From NCBI RefSeq assembly GCF_035594765.1, contig NC_085844.1, positions 175,848,107 to 175,912,106 of the forward strand: a DNA stretch of 64,000 nucleotides. The letters run 5' to 3'. Positions 1 through 14,074 of this stretch are shown here, one piece after another. The notes beneath the pieces were generated by a model. The model saw only the letters and a list, made by a program, of their open reading frames with translations, had not been told where the DNA came from and did no database searches. Source of the DNA: Anolis carolinensis. Lineage: Eukaryota. The position numbers were made by a program, and so were the translations under genes. The stretch's first letter is position 1. Each line of letters opens with the position of its first letter.

Positions 1-1035
1 ACACGTTCCAGGTTGTCAATATCTCTTTTAAATTGTGGTGCCCAGAATTGGATACAGAGTGATTCCAGGCGAGGTCTGACCAGGAATACTGTGTCCAATT
101 GACTTCCACACAACCCTATATCCCAGAATATCAAGACAGAAAATCCCACAATATCTGCATTGAAAATCCAACACTGTACCTTTTATTCATTGGTAGTTTT
201 TCATTTAAATACAAATTAGAGCTTACCTTGTCTAGCTTCCAAGATCAGATGGAGTCTGCTGCCTTCAGCAAACATTATTACAAAAGATGCCCTGACAAAT
301 TTTAGCAAATAGCAATATACTGGCCAACAGTGTGTTTGTCTACAGGAGTGTACCTAGGTACTGTCCACCTGCCTTATGCATCCAGTTAAGGAGCAGTTTT
401 AATTCTTTGCAAAGGAGACAAAGCAGCTGAACAGTACAAAAACATATGCTGAGTGTCAGTTAGTAGTTGAGCTTTCTTGTGCGCAGGAGCCATGGCATTG
501 CACAAGGGGAATTGTATACTTCCCGTGCCCAACACCTAAAAAGTAATTAATGCTTACACCTAAGCTACCAACAGAATTCTAGCCATACTTTGGATTTGCT
601 ATCTTTTTCCTGGTTTTTAATTTTTTTTGTCTTGCTGCCAAATAAGAGGGTCAGACAGGTAATAGTAGCTGAAGTGGCAACTAACCTACAGACTAAGAGG
701 TGCATACAACTTCTCCATCTTGCAAGAAATTGTAAATATGGTGAATATCACAGATCTCCAAATTGGCTTGGTACTTCTCTAATGTCATTTTTTCTAGTTC
801 ATTGCAATATCAGTTTAGAATTGCACTAGCCAGTTAGGGTGACCAGACAGAAAGATAGGCAATAGTTTTGACACTTGTAATAATTGAAAGGAAGATTTGA
901 GCATGTGCTGCTTTTTATGTCAGGATTAGAAAATGGCACCTACCAGAGTTGCCCTTTCTACATATTTATGGAAGGTACTTCATAAATATAAACTCTTCCC
1001 TATTGGATCAGCCTTTGACATGTCTCTTGTTATAG

Positions 1036-1184
1036 GGGCCAGCTGCCCTCCTTGTGGGTCTCAGTGGTGGAGCTGCACCATGGTTGTCTTTCATAAGTAT
1101 TGTACCTGCATTCCCAGAAGCCTTTGTCGAGATGGCATACAGCACTGCTTTGACTGGTCTGATGAATATATCTGCACAAAGTGA
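1036..1184 (+). CDS. LDLRAD1: Low-density lipoprotein receptor class A domain-containing protein 1, terminal coding exon (upstream exons not identified in window)
   Basis: Acceptor tctcttgttatag|1036; encodes ASCPPCGSQWWSCTMVVFHKYCTCIPRSLCRDGIQHCFDWSDEYICTK* (TGA 1182-1184), matching the recalled LDLRAD1 C-terminal LDLa-like repeat (CPPCGPGWWRC...CIPRHLCRDHVQHCSDWSDEY); convergent with LRRC42 as in human synteny. Confidence 0.9.
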
Positions 1185-2932
1185 GCAGCCAAGGACAGCA
1201 AACCTTCACACGATAATGGGAGCAAATCATCAAGTACTGTCATTGTGGAACCACCATTCATTTTAGAGCTTTGCAGAGGATATTTTATGTAGTGTTACAT
1301 ACAGCACTTCCAGATCAATTATTTGTCATCTTTTAAGCTCAGGAAGATATTTATAAACCTCAAAGACATCAGCAAATTGATCAAATTTGGAATAAAAGAA
1401 ATCTGGACTTGACTTTCATCTAACTTCAAGAGAGAAGACATCACTCAAGCAATAACTGACAAACTTACTGCACAATTCTCTTGCTAAATAAAATGACAGA
1501 TACACTATCTGTACTTCTGATGATGTAAACTATGTGTTTTTGTTTGCCCACTTTCAACTTACCTGTCAACTTTTGGATGAATTTCACTGGGTTTTATTGG
1601 GGAAGGAATACTCAGATGCGGCTTTGCCAGTTTCTGAAATAAGACCTACAACTCCTGGTATTCATTGGCAGTTTCCCATCCAAGTATTAACCGGGACCAA
1701 CCCTGCTTAGCTTCCAGGTTCAGAAAGTTTTTGGTTCTTTACTAGTATCTATTCATACTCAACATTATGAAATGACTGAGGGCCTCCTGTACCAATTGTA
1801 GTTGAACCTTCTTTCCACACTCTCATCTCTGTTATTTTCTCTGAGGCTGGATCAAGACTTGTCATATAATCCAGTTTCAGAATGCAGATTAACTGCATTG
1901 AACTGGATTATATGGCAGTGTAGACTCATATAATCCAGTTATATAGTTAATCTGTATTCTGAATTATAGCATTGTGTTATATAGCATTGTAGATCCAGCC
2001 TCAGGAAACGATTAACGTTTGCATACATTTAGTTCAAACCACGTCAGCATGTTTGGTAACTTCTTTATCCTTGTATGCATTTTGACGAATGTTGTCTTGC
2101 ATTCAGAGATTAAATCTTGTTAATTGAAGTGGAAGGCAAAAAGAAACAAAGGCCAGAACAATAGCTATCCAATAAAATGTTAAAAGACGTCAGTAATCAT
2201 GGTTTTTTATTAGTTCTAGCTAAGGTCTAGTCTTCTTAGATAGAATAACTTTGTATGAGTTTCATACTTTTATGTAGAAGTTAATCATATTATAAAATGT
2301 AATCAGTACTTTAGAAATTGTATATCCAATAACCTGATCTCTTTAACTATATCCAGTTTCAGATTCCTTTCTGTCTGTTGTAAAGAGCCATTCAGTATAG
2401 CTAATGCAATAAACAAGTATTGCAAGTACTCACCGAAGTAAGCCAAGAATCTTGCATCACAGTATTTGACAAATGTTAAAAGCATCCAAATATTAATGGT
2501 ACATAGAAACTATGCTCACTGTTGTAGAATCACAATAACCAACGTTGTAATTACATTATGTGTTTGCATAATGATTTTTACACTACATGTGTTCCTTGGC
2601 AAATACAGGAATATCTGAGAAAATATTTGAGTCACAATGGAGGCTATTTACATATACAACTATGAATCCTAAAGATTAGTTATGTGATGGAAAAATGTTG
2701 ATTTAAAATGAAAAACTGTAGGATTATTTTGCAAACTTTTAACTTACATTAGTCATTAGTTGAAATATATAAATTTGTTGACAGAAAAATGACCGTTTGA
2801 CTCAGTTTTTTGATACCACTGCCTCTTTTCAATAAGAGAGACACAGTATAAATTTACTTTATTAGAATTTTCAGCAATATCATTTTAAAAAGGGTTTCTT
2901 TGTAAAATACACAGCATTTTTATAAACTGAAT

Positions 2933-5900
2933 TCAGTAAGAATTTAGCAAGTCCAAATCTTCCACTGAAAACGTAAAATGCTTTGACTGAAAAGTCTGTT
3001 CTTTCTGTTCAAGTGTAACACGCTTTTTATTCTGTAATTCTTCATTCATCTCAGTTTTTCCTTGCAGTGCAGAAAGGTTTGCCATATCTGTGCTTTTCCT
3101 GTAGAACTGCAAATTCTCAGAAGTCTTGCTTTGCTTCTCTTCTAGAAATTCTTGTAGAGGTTCTTCTTTTTTGCGTCTTTTTCCATCTGTAAAAGAGACC
3201 TCATAAATTCCCTACAAAGGGATAATCTTTTAATACAGCTTTATTTTGCTGTATTTGCTGGCTAGCAACATTAAAACAGGAGTATTTTAAAATACAGTTT
3301 CAAAGATTCAGATACTTTAAACAACTGAAGAATTCCAGTTGTGACTCATTAATTATTTTCAGTGAGAGTATCCTTTTCTTCCTATCAACAGCTATAGCCA
3401 TGTTTTGTCAGAAGACGTCTATTGCAGAAAAAACTGGAGCCTGGAGAGGGCACAGACCAGAAATACTGTGGATGAATTCACTTTCTTATCCTTTTTCCCT
3501 ACCTGTTGCTTTCTTTCCTTGCCCTCTTCCAGCCCCTCAAATGGCTGAGGAAGACACAGATCACTTGTGAAGAGACCTAAACTGATTGCTTGCTCAGGAC
3601 TACTTTTGAAATGAAACTAAGAACTGATGGATATCAGGTATTTCTCTTTTAAATGGATCATGATGTGATGGAGGGGAGAGCTCTTTTCAAATTATGGGCT
3701 GATACAATTAAATGCAAGGTTCTGTGCCTTCAGCACATGCTTCAGAATTACAAAACACAAACATCTGTGCTGTAATCATACACTGCTCTGTTTTAACCCT
3801 GTGCACTGTTTGACTGGAGGTAGTGTGTATATAAATAACTAGCTAAACTCCCCAGCAATCTGTTATGAAGCAGCGTGAAATGAGCATTAGGTAAAAAAAA
3901 GAAGGAAAAAGCATCTAAAAATGTAAAGAAGCACCAACAGCAGTTTTAACAGACCAGAAGCTCATTGAGCACAGCAGTAGAGCGAATGAGCTTCAGCAAT
4001 TACAAAAGCAGTCAAGCTTTAGACGCTATAAAAGACTGTATTGAAAGATCTATAAAGGAAAGTAAGGGTCTATCTATCTATTTAGCTCTTTGGAGACATC
4101 TTGTCTCTCTCCATGCTCACAGGAGAAAAATAAAAACGGAGGATTTAGGGACTTGCTATGTGGCCAGGAAACTTTGAATAAAAAGAGGTCTAACATTATA
4201 AAAATATGTCTAACCAACAAGATAACAGGAGAGAACAGAGTGGCAGGCCGACACAGAGGCCAATGCGGGAAGGGCTTTTCCCTGCCAACTAACTCATCTG
4301 CCTATTTCCCTGATGAGGACTATAAACATGTGCAGGATGTGGTTGAGTTCCAACAATAATCAGGGGAGAAAATGGGGGATTCCATGCGGGAGAGCCTTTT
4401 GAAAATTTCTGGGACCCACAGGTTGTACATCTCAATCTCGTATTAAACTGGATGAAATCAGCATATCCATCCAGTTCCAGTAAATCCTGTTCTAATGAAT
4501 CCTTAAAAGTGTTGTTCATGTTAGGATCTAAAGAAGCTATTTGTCAGAAATATTAAAAATAACTAAGTATTTTTAATTTTAAAAATGTGAATCAAGCATT
4601 GAAAGGGTTAAATAAGCTATTGTCGCCCTGAGGGGAGTGAGTAGGAGGAAGCCTGTTAGAGTTAGTGGGCCAAAGCTAGTGTTGTCCTGAGGAGTGTGAG
4701 TAGGCCTCAGTATGAGAAGCTCCAGCGTGAAGGCTGCTGTGTGCAAAGTTCATATGTGAAGCTCCTGTGTAACTTCAGTGTGAGAGACTCTGTGGGAGCG
4801 AAACTAGAAGCTGTTTATCTGCATGAGAAAGAAGTCCAACATGGAAGGAAGTATAAAGAACTTTGTGTTATGGAAACCTTGTTTCTGTAAATAGTGCAAC
4901 CATATTATTTTGCTATAAAGAAAAACCTCCAAAGGAAGAGATAACATTGTTCTGTGTGTTTTTGTTCTTTTTATCACTTTTGGCTACTGGTGCTGGGGCA
5001 CGCTGCTGCTAGTAAGTTACTCTGTTATATGTTTATGGGGAGGGTCTTTTGGTAATAAGCCCACTTGCCCAACACTATTTGGGGCTGTTTTCTTGATTTC
5101 CACCTTCTGAGTCCCAAAGTCAAATAACTATTAAGAAGTAGGTTGCTTCTTCAGTTCCTGCAGCTGGTGTGTGTGTATCTGTTGTTCTTATCTTCTATTT
5201 ATGCTTTAAAATAGTCTCAGTGAGCAAAAATACAGCCCAATTCTAATACTCTCTCCAGAAATAGTTCAAATAGTTTTGGTTTAGAAGTAAATATCTTTAT
5301 TCAGTTACTTACAGAAACGTTGAGTTGATGTTCTAGATTTCATTTTTTCTTTTGCCTTAATTGATTCTAAGATTGCATGCTGCCATTGCAAGACAGTCTA
5401 GAAAAATTAAGAAAGGAGATGTTTTAACATCAAAGTTATTCACAAAGCTCAGAGAAAAGACACTAAGGGTCAACATGCCCTATTCAATATGAATACTAAA
5501 CCAACATTTTAAAGTGCTGGATTTAAATGTTATATGTACCTTCTTTATACAGCAAAACAAGACATTGGGAACAAACACCCTTGCCAAGCACGATTTCAAG
5601 TTTGCTTGACAATATTAAAGTAACGTCTTCTGTTGTCGTTAATCTCATTTTAAGGTAACATTTTGTAAAAGAGTGAATGTCTAAACTAATACTGTACTCT
5701 TCATGACTCTAAATCCAATCTGAATGTTGAAGGTATTATAAATCCTTCAGAGGCTAACACAGGAGAGGAAGCACAACTATATTAAGACAGTAAGTCTTAA
5801 TCAATACATACCTGTTCAGCCCAACCTTCTGTTTTGCAGTTGTTATGATCAAATTCTTTCAAAGACTCTTCAGAATGAACCAGACCTATTTTTGTTTGGA

Positions 5901-7125
5901 TCTGATAAATGGTTGTCTTTGAGCACTAATGAAAAGGAGAAACCAAAACAGGTTGTGTAGGAGAACTCATTGCCCACCAAGGTCTGATTTTTATACCAAC
6001 ACAACATTTCTGACTTTTATGTTTTCCTTTTAGAATCCCAATATATATCAAAATAACATCTTTCCATTTCTGTATTTTAAATGCAGCACTCAGCTGTTTA
6101 GCATAAACTTTTTTTCACCTTTAGGCCAGTCCCAGAGAGATCCAAATAGTTCAGCTTTTTGAAAGAAAGCAGGTACCCAATTCCCATATGGGTGATTTCT
6201 GGATTATCTATACAAAAACAAAAAAGGATAGCATGTACACAAAGGTCATACATACTTGTTAAATAACACAAAGGGGATCAATAGGACCCCATGACTAAAA
6301 ACTGTTCTATCATACCGACAAAGAAACATTTCATTGGAGAGGTGCTGAAAAAAATGAGAAAGGATTTGCATTTACTTAATTGGAAAACATCTATAACTTG
6401 GAGGGGTTGTATTAAACAGTTACTGTATTTATATTTCAAAATCTGAATATGAATTGTCTTGGAATTCTCAAGTACTACCAACTATAGAACACAGAATCAA
6501 AATTAACGTACATTCACACTTCACTGTAGTTAAGTAATATATGAACAATATATGGACTGTATGTTCAAATGAACAATACAAGATTGTTTGTTCTGTTACA
6601 TGATATAACAGAATAAGCTCTTGTGTTAGCTATATTGTATGTACTGTCACTCATCTAATGGCAACTCATTCATTTTTCTTTCTCTCTGCAGTAGCAGACA
6701 CTTAAATCATTCTAGTTTTTTTTAATTGACTAGGATTAACATTGAATTAAGAAGTATATCTAGACTTTAGACTGAAATCATACTTACAAGATAAATCTAG
6801 AACTGTTAGATTTTCAAGACCCCTTTTCATAATCCGAACAGGTGCAGTCATTTTGCGAAGACCAGCATCTGATAAGCAATTATCTTTCAGGAGAAGGCGA
6901 ACTAGGCTAAAGTAACCAATAGATATGTTTTATACAGAAATCTAGGATGTTTTGTTGTTAACTATCATCAACTCAATTTCAGCTTACAGCAACAGTATTA
7001 ATGAGAGATTTCCAGGTCACCCTGTTATCAACAGCCCTGTTCTTATTTTGCAAACTTGGCATTCATAAAATATGCTGCAACACTGTCAGGTTAATCTGAA
7101 TTAAGGCTGTATATAATACATAAAA

Positions 7126-7194
<69 letters not shown>

Positions 7195-10100
7195 CTGCAT
7201 TTCTATACCGCTTTTCTCACCCCTGGGGGGACTCAAAGCAGTTTACAACATAATAAATGGCAAAATTCAATGCCTTACATATATATAAAATATATCACAT
7301 ATTTAAATCAAAAACATACAACTGTAGATTAAAACAATTACAACTATAAAAACATCAAACATAGACATATGTATGAAACATATTACAACAATTAACATAG
7401 ATCCCTTCTCTCCCACCACCATCCCCCACCACCATCCCCCATCTCCCTCTCCATAGAGTTTCAACCTTTCTTTATATACCCTCCCTGCTCCCCTAGGGAG
7501 CAAGATGGTGGAGGCGTTGCTGTGGCTTATGGGAATCATTTGTTGGCCAGGTGGAATAGTAGTGAATAGCCTTGCAGCCTCAAAGCCTGGCCGTTTTCTG
7601 GAGTAGCAGAAGTAGCACCCTCAATCAAAGAGCCGCTTTGAAGCCTGGCTACTTCCTTTGTAGGGGAATCCTTGTTTGGCCAGCTTGAACTGCACTGAAT
7701 AGTCTTGCAGCTTAAAAGCCTGGCCGCTTTCTACATAGGGCATCCTTGTTAAGCCAGGCTGAATGGGATGGCTTCAGAGCTTGGAGGTTTTCTATCTAGG
7801 GGAAATCTTGTTTGACCAGGTTGAACAGCACTGAATAGCCTTGCTGCTTGCAAGCCTGGCCGCTTTCTACTTGTGGAATCCTTGGTTGGCCAGTTTGAAT
7901 AGCAATTAATAGTCTCAGTGTGGCAGGTATGAATGCTGCAATTAGCCACCTTGATTAGCATTTAATGGCCTTGCAGCTTCAAAGCCTGTTTGCTTTGTGG
8001 GACATGGTCCGGGAGCTCATGAAACATGTAGCATCCGTGTTTTTCTGGGCATGTAAGCGTGTGTCCAGATATATGTGTTTGGGCATTTGTTTTTTGTGTT
8101 ATAATTTTCTACTGTTGTTGTCCTGTCTGAGTCGCTGTTGTCTGTCCCTTTATTGCAGTTGTGTGTGTACACAGTTCTATGCATTGGCTGTGCTCTTCAT
8201 GGGAGATAGGGATTGGATGGGTCTGCTGATGCAAAGCTTTGTAGTGGTATTCATGTTGGTTACTATTGTTTTGCGTTTGGCTGAAAGTGGTGAGGCTAGA
8301 GGGGGTTTATGTCCCTGTGGAGTATTGTCTATGTTTGGTGTGTTAATTCTTGTGTGTTGCCTGGCAGTGTTGCTTTCCCCTATTGCAGCTTTTAAAAACT
8401 TATCTTTGAACTCAGTCATCGCGTTTGCGCGATGTCCTTTTAGCAATGTCCCTGACAGAATTCTAAAACAAAAAGTTTTTAAAAGCTTGAAAAGGGGAAA
8501 GCTTTCCTTCACCCTTTTTCCTCTGTCTCGGATATGGTTGTTTAGGGCTATTGTCCTCCTCCGTAGCGTTATGCAATCCGCCGGGCCGGCGGTTGGAATG
8601 CTTGCGCGCAGCTGCCTTTCATGCATGTCTGTCTTCCAAGGGTGCGGGCTGCTCCGCGCATGTGCACAGTGCAGTTTTTTTTGTTTTTTGGGAATTTTGA
8701 GTGACTTCCAGTTTGATTTTTTTTTTTTTTTTGGTTTTGCTATCTAAACATAGCGGGGATGACCATGTCTTTTGTGGCCAAATTTCATGGGTTTGGGGTG
8801 TGTCGTTTCACTCTTTAAGTTAGAAATGGTCAGAACATTTTTATATAGATAGATAATATTTTTAAAGAATTCAGCAAAGCCACTTGGCAGTTATCATAGA
8901 TTTCTTTTGGCGATAGTAGAATATTGATCCAATGCAGTGGTTATACAGGACTCAAGACATTACCAGTTAGGGAGCACTTCATATTGCCAATATAACTAAT
9001 GTGTATGATATTCAAATCCAACTTTAACTTGAATCAGTTACTTAGACAAAACCACTTAAATGTTAAATGTGAATGTCTCTCTACCTCTAGTATAATACAG
9101 GAGTGTATAACTCATTATACCTTTAGGAAGCAACATGGAAGAGACCTATTTCACACAGAAAGCTATCAAATCCCTTTCATATACTATTATAATTTGAGAT
9201 CCCCTAATCATGCTTTCTGGCTTGGAAATTATAATGGAATTTTAAAAAATGCTAGGCTTAAAGAAGGTTAAATTTTGCTTCTTCACATTAACTTCTCTTT
9301 AGAGAATGCTATAAAATCTTAAAACAAACAGAGCAGGTTTTGTGTCTGCAGAACATAGCTTGGCCAGCATTTTCAGTTTTAACTCTTACAATGTGGGTAA
9401 ATCCAATGTTAGAGAATACTATTTGAAAAAAAGAACTGCAAAAATAATTAAGTCAGCTGTGCAATGTACAGCGTATAAGATTTTATAAATTTCAAATATG
9501 ATTCATTTGAAGGTCGAAATAATTTGAGCCCCTCCCCCCTTTATTTTCTTTAGATATCAGTCTATCACTTGCCCCCAGTAAATTTGTACCTGGATAGTGT
9601 TGCATTTGTGATATGTTGTAAGAGGTCATGATCATCTCCAAGTTTACAACAGGACAAATCCAAACAAACAAGACCCTGGAAGGATTTAATTTCTTCAAGT
9701 TTTTCAGAAATAACTAGATAGCTGTAAGGAGTAGAAACAAAAGTTAAGTGTTGCCTTGTTCAGTAACCTTTGTTCTTGTACGTTTAAAGTCAATATTAAA
9801 TATAAAAAATGCAGCTAGTCATAGTAGTTGGTTCAGTTTAAATATATTGGACAAAACAAAATTGCTACAGAATCAGTTAAAAGATCATGTTTGTGAAACA
9901 ATAATTGTTCTAAAGCCAACCACAAATAAGTCTGACAAAGAGCTAGATAAGACCATTCAGCCCATCCTATTTATTTGGTCCCATTTTAAATTAGCTTCAA
10001 GCAACACATGTTCCTATTTGCTGCTTTTTCAATAACAAATGGAACAATGTTCTTTGGATTAAGTTTCAAAAATGCCACTACATCAAAATTATGTAAGCTT

Positions 10101-10566
10101 ACCTCTTTTTCAAGCATAGCGTTTGAAGTACTAAACTTCCGTAAACCTCTGTAAATTTCTGCAGGGCACAAAGTCCTGTTCTTGAGTCTGAAAACTTCTG
10201 TCTCGCATCTGCTGCATAGAAAAGCTTTTCTGCTATCTGCTCAGGAAAGCCAATCAATGAATCAACATGATTCATGTTGTCAGCAATGTAACTCAAGACT
10301 AAGTTGAAGAGAGATTTGGCCGAATAGCGCAGATTTCCCTCCTTGGTGTAGGTGAAGATGAAATGATCTGTCCTTCCGTTGTCATTACCTCTGTTCACAT
10401 AAAGCTCAACAGAGAATCCTTTGGAGAACAGCCTTGAAGGCCCTGGATTTACAGCACGGTTGTTTACTCTTCCTGTATTTTTATTCACTTTATATAGCTG
10501 TCCATTTTCTCGAACATATATAGGCCCTCTATCAGGGAGATTTTCTTCATGGAGATAGTATGACAT
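2933..10566 (-). CDS. LRRC42: Leucine-rich repeat-containing protein 42; 7 coding exons: complement(join(2933..3186,5313..5397,5812..5925,6119..6207,6788..6906,9590..9721,10103..10566)), 418 aa
   Basis: Starts MSYYLHEENLPDRGPIYVRENGQL...; contains LFSKGFSVEL, FIFTYTKEGNLRYSAKSLF, YLVISEKLEEIKSF, LKDNCLSDAGLRKMTAPVR, CKTEGWAEQ; ends DLDLLNSY* (TGA at 2935-2933). All junctions GT-AG with consistent phase; total 1257 nt. Confidence 0.95.
4621..5074. mobile_element. Probable solo LTR (454 bp) in LRRC42 intron
   Basis: Starts TGTCG, ends CAACA; flanked by 4-bp direct repeat CTAT (4617-4620 / 5075-5078); no internal coding domain. Confidence 0.6.
7127..7193. repeat. (TTA)n microsatellite, likely the tail of an adjacent LINE remnant
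   Basis: About 22 TTA units read directly. Confidence 0.9.
7514..8849 (-). mobile_element. Non-autonomous Helitron, 3'-clipped
   Basis: Minus strand begins A|TCTATATAAAAA at 8849 and ends in ...GCCACAGCAACGC (7526-7514), identical to part of the 3' hairpin of the full Helitron at 61478-63493, but without the terminal CTAG; internal ~60-bp degenerate tandem repeats (7530-7990) resemble Penelope pLTR sequence. Confidence 0.65.
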
Positions 10567-10948
10567 TCCTCTTGAAAATTTTTGGGGCAAAATAAACAAA
10601 GCAAAACATCAAACAAAGCAGCAGCAAATTCAATTTATGAAAGTGTCTTTTACTGTCATAGCCAGCTTATACTGTACTTCATAATTAAAAAACAAAAGAA
10701 AAACCAAGCTTTCAATGGGAGACACAGATATTGAATAAAGGCTAGAATCTATTCAGTATAGCATAAATATCCACTAAGGGAGGCAGACAAAATTTCTTCC
10801 TTTTGTAAAAAAAATGATATAGAAATTACAGGCATTCCCCAAGTTATTAACTATTTTTATGCATTTAAACTTGTAATCAACGGCAGTCTTCCCATGAATA
10901 GGAAGCCAGATGGTTTAGAAAGCATCCTTTTTGTGTTTCCTTCATGTG

Positions 10949-11728
10949 TAGGCAATCCTCCAGTTACAAACATTCGACTTACAAACGACTCATAATTTAA
11001 AAAGGGACTCATAGTTTAAAAAAGGGCGTGAGAACAACAGGAAGCGAGAGAAATCTATCCTAGGAAGGGGAATTCACTCCTGAAAGAGTTATCATGAGGG
11101 AAAGATGTCTCCACTGAAGCTTTCTAACCAATCCTTGTTTCTACAACAAGCCAAATTTTTCCAAATCCAATTATCACAGGGAGAGAAAGTAGGGTATAAT
11201 CATTTGAATAGGGGCAGAGACAGTAAAACAAACCCCACATGGGTATTAACCCTTCCCTATGCTATTTAAAGCATACACACACACACACACACACATACAT
11301 ATATATGGCTGAAAATGTGTACTACAGTAGAGTCTCACTTATCCAACATAAACGGGCCGGCAGAATGTTGGATAAGCGAATATGTTGGATAATAAGGAGG
11401 CATTAAGGAAAAGCCTATTAAACATCAAATTAGGTTATGATTTTACAAATTAAGCACCAAAACATCATGTTATACAACAAATTTGACAGGAAAAGTAGTT
11501 CAATACGCAGTAATGTTATGTTGTAATTACTGTATTTACAAATTTAGCACCAAAATATCATGATATATTGAAAACATTGACTGCAAAAATGTGTTGGATA
11601 ATCCAGAATGTTGGATAAGCGAGTGTTGGATAAGTGAGACTCTACTGTAGTTCCAACTAACATGCAAATTCAATTTATGAACAAACCTACAGAACCTATT
11701 TTGTTCGTAGCTTGGTAACTGCCTGTAC
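10949..11728. mobile_element. Tc1/mariner(pogo)-like MITE with a second MITE (11325..11647) nested inside
   Basis: Imperfect TIRs (AGGCAATCCTCCAGTTAC / GCTTGGTAACTGCCTG) flanked by TA; inner element has TIR CAGTAGAGTCTCACTTATCCAA with TA flanks. Confidence 0.6.
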
Positions 11729-12232
11729 ACCACAGCCAGATGATTAATGTTTTCCATAATATTTTTAATAATTTCACAGATGTAACGAAGTTTGCGTCTC
11801 AATTGCCACTCTGCATTACAGTCTAGATGCAAGAGGGATATAATATAATAATTATAACAATAATAGGTTTGTGTGCCATCAGAAAGCAAATCTGTCACAA
11901 TCTCAGCCAATTGGTCCACCCACACTGTAAAATTAATGTGTTTGGCACCACTTTAAGGACCATAGCTTTTCAATCTTCTTTGCCAAAGAGTGAGTGCCTC
12001 ATCAAAATGCAACTCCCAGGATGCCATAGCACTGAGCCATGGCAGTTTAAGTGGTGTCAAACTGCATTAATTCTGTAGCATAAATGCACACAAGGTTGGC
12101 ATTTGTGATTTGAGGACCATTACTCTAATTTACTTATTTCTTATCCCGCCTTCCTCCTCATAAGGACTCAAGGCGGCTAACAATGACATGACACTACACA
12201 ACAGGATTAAAAAATATGGCAAATAAATATAC

Positions 12233-12632
12233 CTTATATACTCGAGTATAAGCCAACCCGAATATAAGCCGAGGCACCTAATTTTACCACCAAAAAACTG
12301 GGAAAACATTGACTCCAGTATAAGCCGAGGGTGGTAAATTTCAGAAATAAAAATAGATACCAATAAAATTACATTAATCGAGGCATCAGTAGGTTAAATG
12401 TTTTTGAATATTTACATAAAGCTCAAATTTAAGATAAGACTGTGCAACTCTGATCAAATCATTATTCCCATCTTCTTCAATGTAAATGTGCTTATGTATC
12501 CTTTTAATAGAGTAAAATAATACATGTAATAATAATAATAATAATAAATACAGGAAAATACTACATGTAATAATAGAGTAAAATAATAAATTCAATAATA
12601 ATAATAATAAGATCAGAGTGAAATAATAAATG

Positions 12633-12664
<32 letters not shown>

Positions 12665-12883
12665 GAGTAAAATAAATGTAATAGTAGCAACAATAATAGA
12701 GAAAAATAATAAATGTAATAATATCAATAATAATAGAGAAAAACAAATGTACCATATATTCTCGAGTATAAGCTGACCCAAATATAAGCCAACCAGGACC
12801 CTCACCCGAGTATAAGCCGAGGGGGGCTTTTTCAGTCTTAAAAAGAGGGCTGAAAAACTAGGCTTATACTTGAGTATATACAG
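12233..12883. mobile_element. Tc1/mariner-like MITE
   Basis: TIRs CCTTATATACTCGAGTATAAGCC / GGCTTATACTTGAGTATATACAG with TA flanks; AT-rich (AAT)n interior. Confidence 0.7.
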
Positions 12884-14074
12884 TAATACAGTACAGTCTT
12901 GCTTATCCAACATAAACGGGTGTCAGAACGTTGGATAAGTGAAAATGTTGAATAATAAGGAGGGATTAACGGAAAGCCTATTAAACATCAAATTACGTTA
13001 TGATTTTACAAGTTAGGCACCAAAATATCATATTTTACAACAAAACGACAGAAAAAGCAGTTTAATACACAGTAAAGTTATGTAGTAATTACTGTATTTA
13101 AGAGTTTAGCACCAAAACATCACAATGTATTGAAAACATTGACTACAAAAATATTGACTACTAAAAGGCAGACTGTGTTGGCTAACACAAAACGCTGGAT
13201 GAGTGAAGGTTGGATAATCGAGATTCGAGACTCTACTGTATATAAATACAAAATATCAATATAAAATGTTAGAAAAACAATGAGTGTAAAAGATAAAAAC
13301 ACACCAAGGGGCCCTTCCACACAGCCATATCACCCAGAATATCAAGGCAGAAAATCCCACAATATCTGCTTTGAACTGAGGGCCCTTCCAGGCAGGCCCT
13401 AAATCCCTGGGTCAGGTCCCAGGTTTTCTGTTTATCCCAGATTATCTGGCAGTGGGGACTCATATAATCCAGTTTAATGCAGAAAGACTGGGATCAGATC
13501 TTGGGATATAGGGCTTGTCTGAAAGGGCCTGGGTTATCTGAGTCCACACTGCCATATATTCCATTTCAAATGAGATAATGTGGCATTTTATTCAGCTGTG
13601 TGGAAGGGGCCAAGGAGACCAGGATATGAATGTGCGGCTGGTGGGGACGAGGGAACAAGCCTTCTCGGCAGTGGCCCCCCGGCTCTGGAATGCATTGCCA
13701 AAAGAGTTCAGGCAATCCCCTACATTATCCAGTTTCCGTAAGGAACTGAAGACCTGGTGGTGTTTGCAGGTTTTTGAGTAATTACATTGGAATACCACCG
13801 ATTTCTGGGCCTGAATATATTGCACAAGATTTCTCTAGCCTAAAATGATACATTTTAATATACAGTAGAGTCTCACTTATCCAAGCCTCGCTTATCCAAG
13901 CCTCTGGATAATCCAAGCCATTTTTGTAGTCAATGTTTTCAATATATCATGATATTTTGGTGCTAAATTTGTAAATACAGTAACAGGGCCGGCTGGACAT
14001 ATGAGGCTGCTGAAGCGGCGGCCTCGGGCGCTGGCCGCTAGGGGCGCTGTCGAGGCGTCGACAGCAGCCCATAG

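Noticed and set aside
10567-10599. ORF-track upstream start for LRRC42 (MFILPQKFSRG)
   Set aside because: Runs through the splice acceptor at 10571-10572; the real start is ATG 10566.
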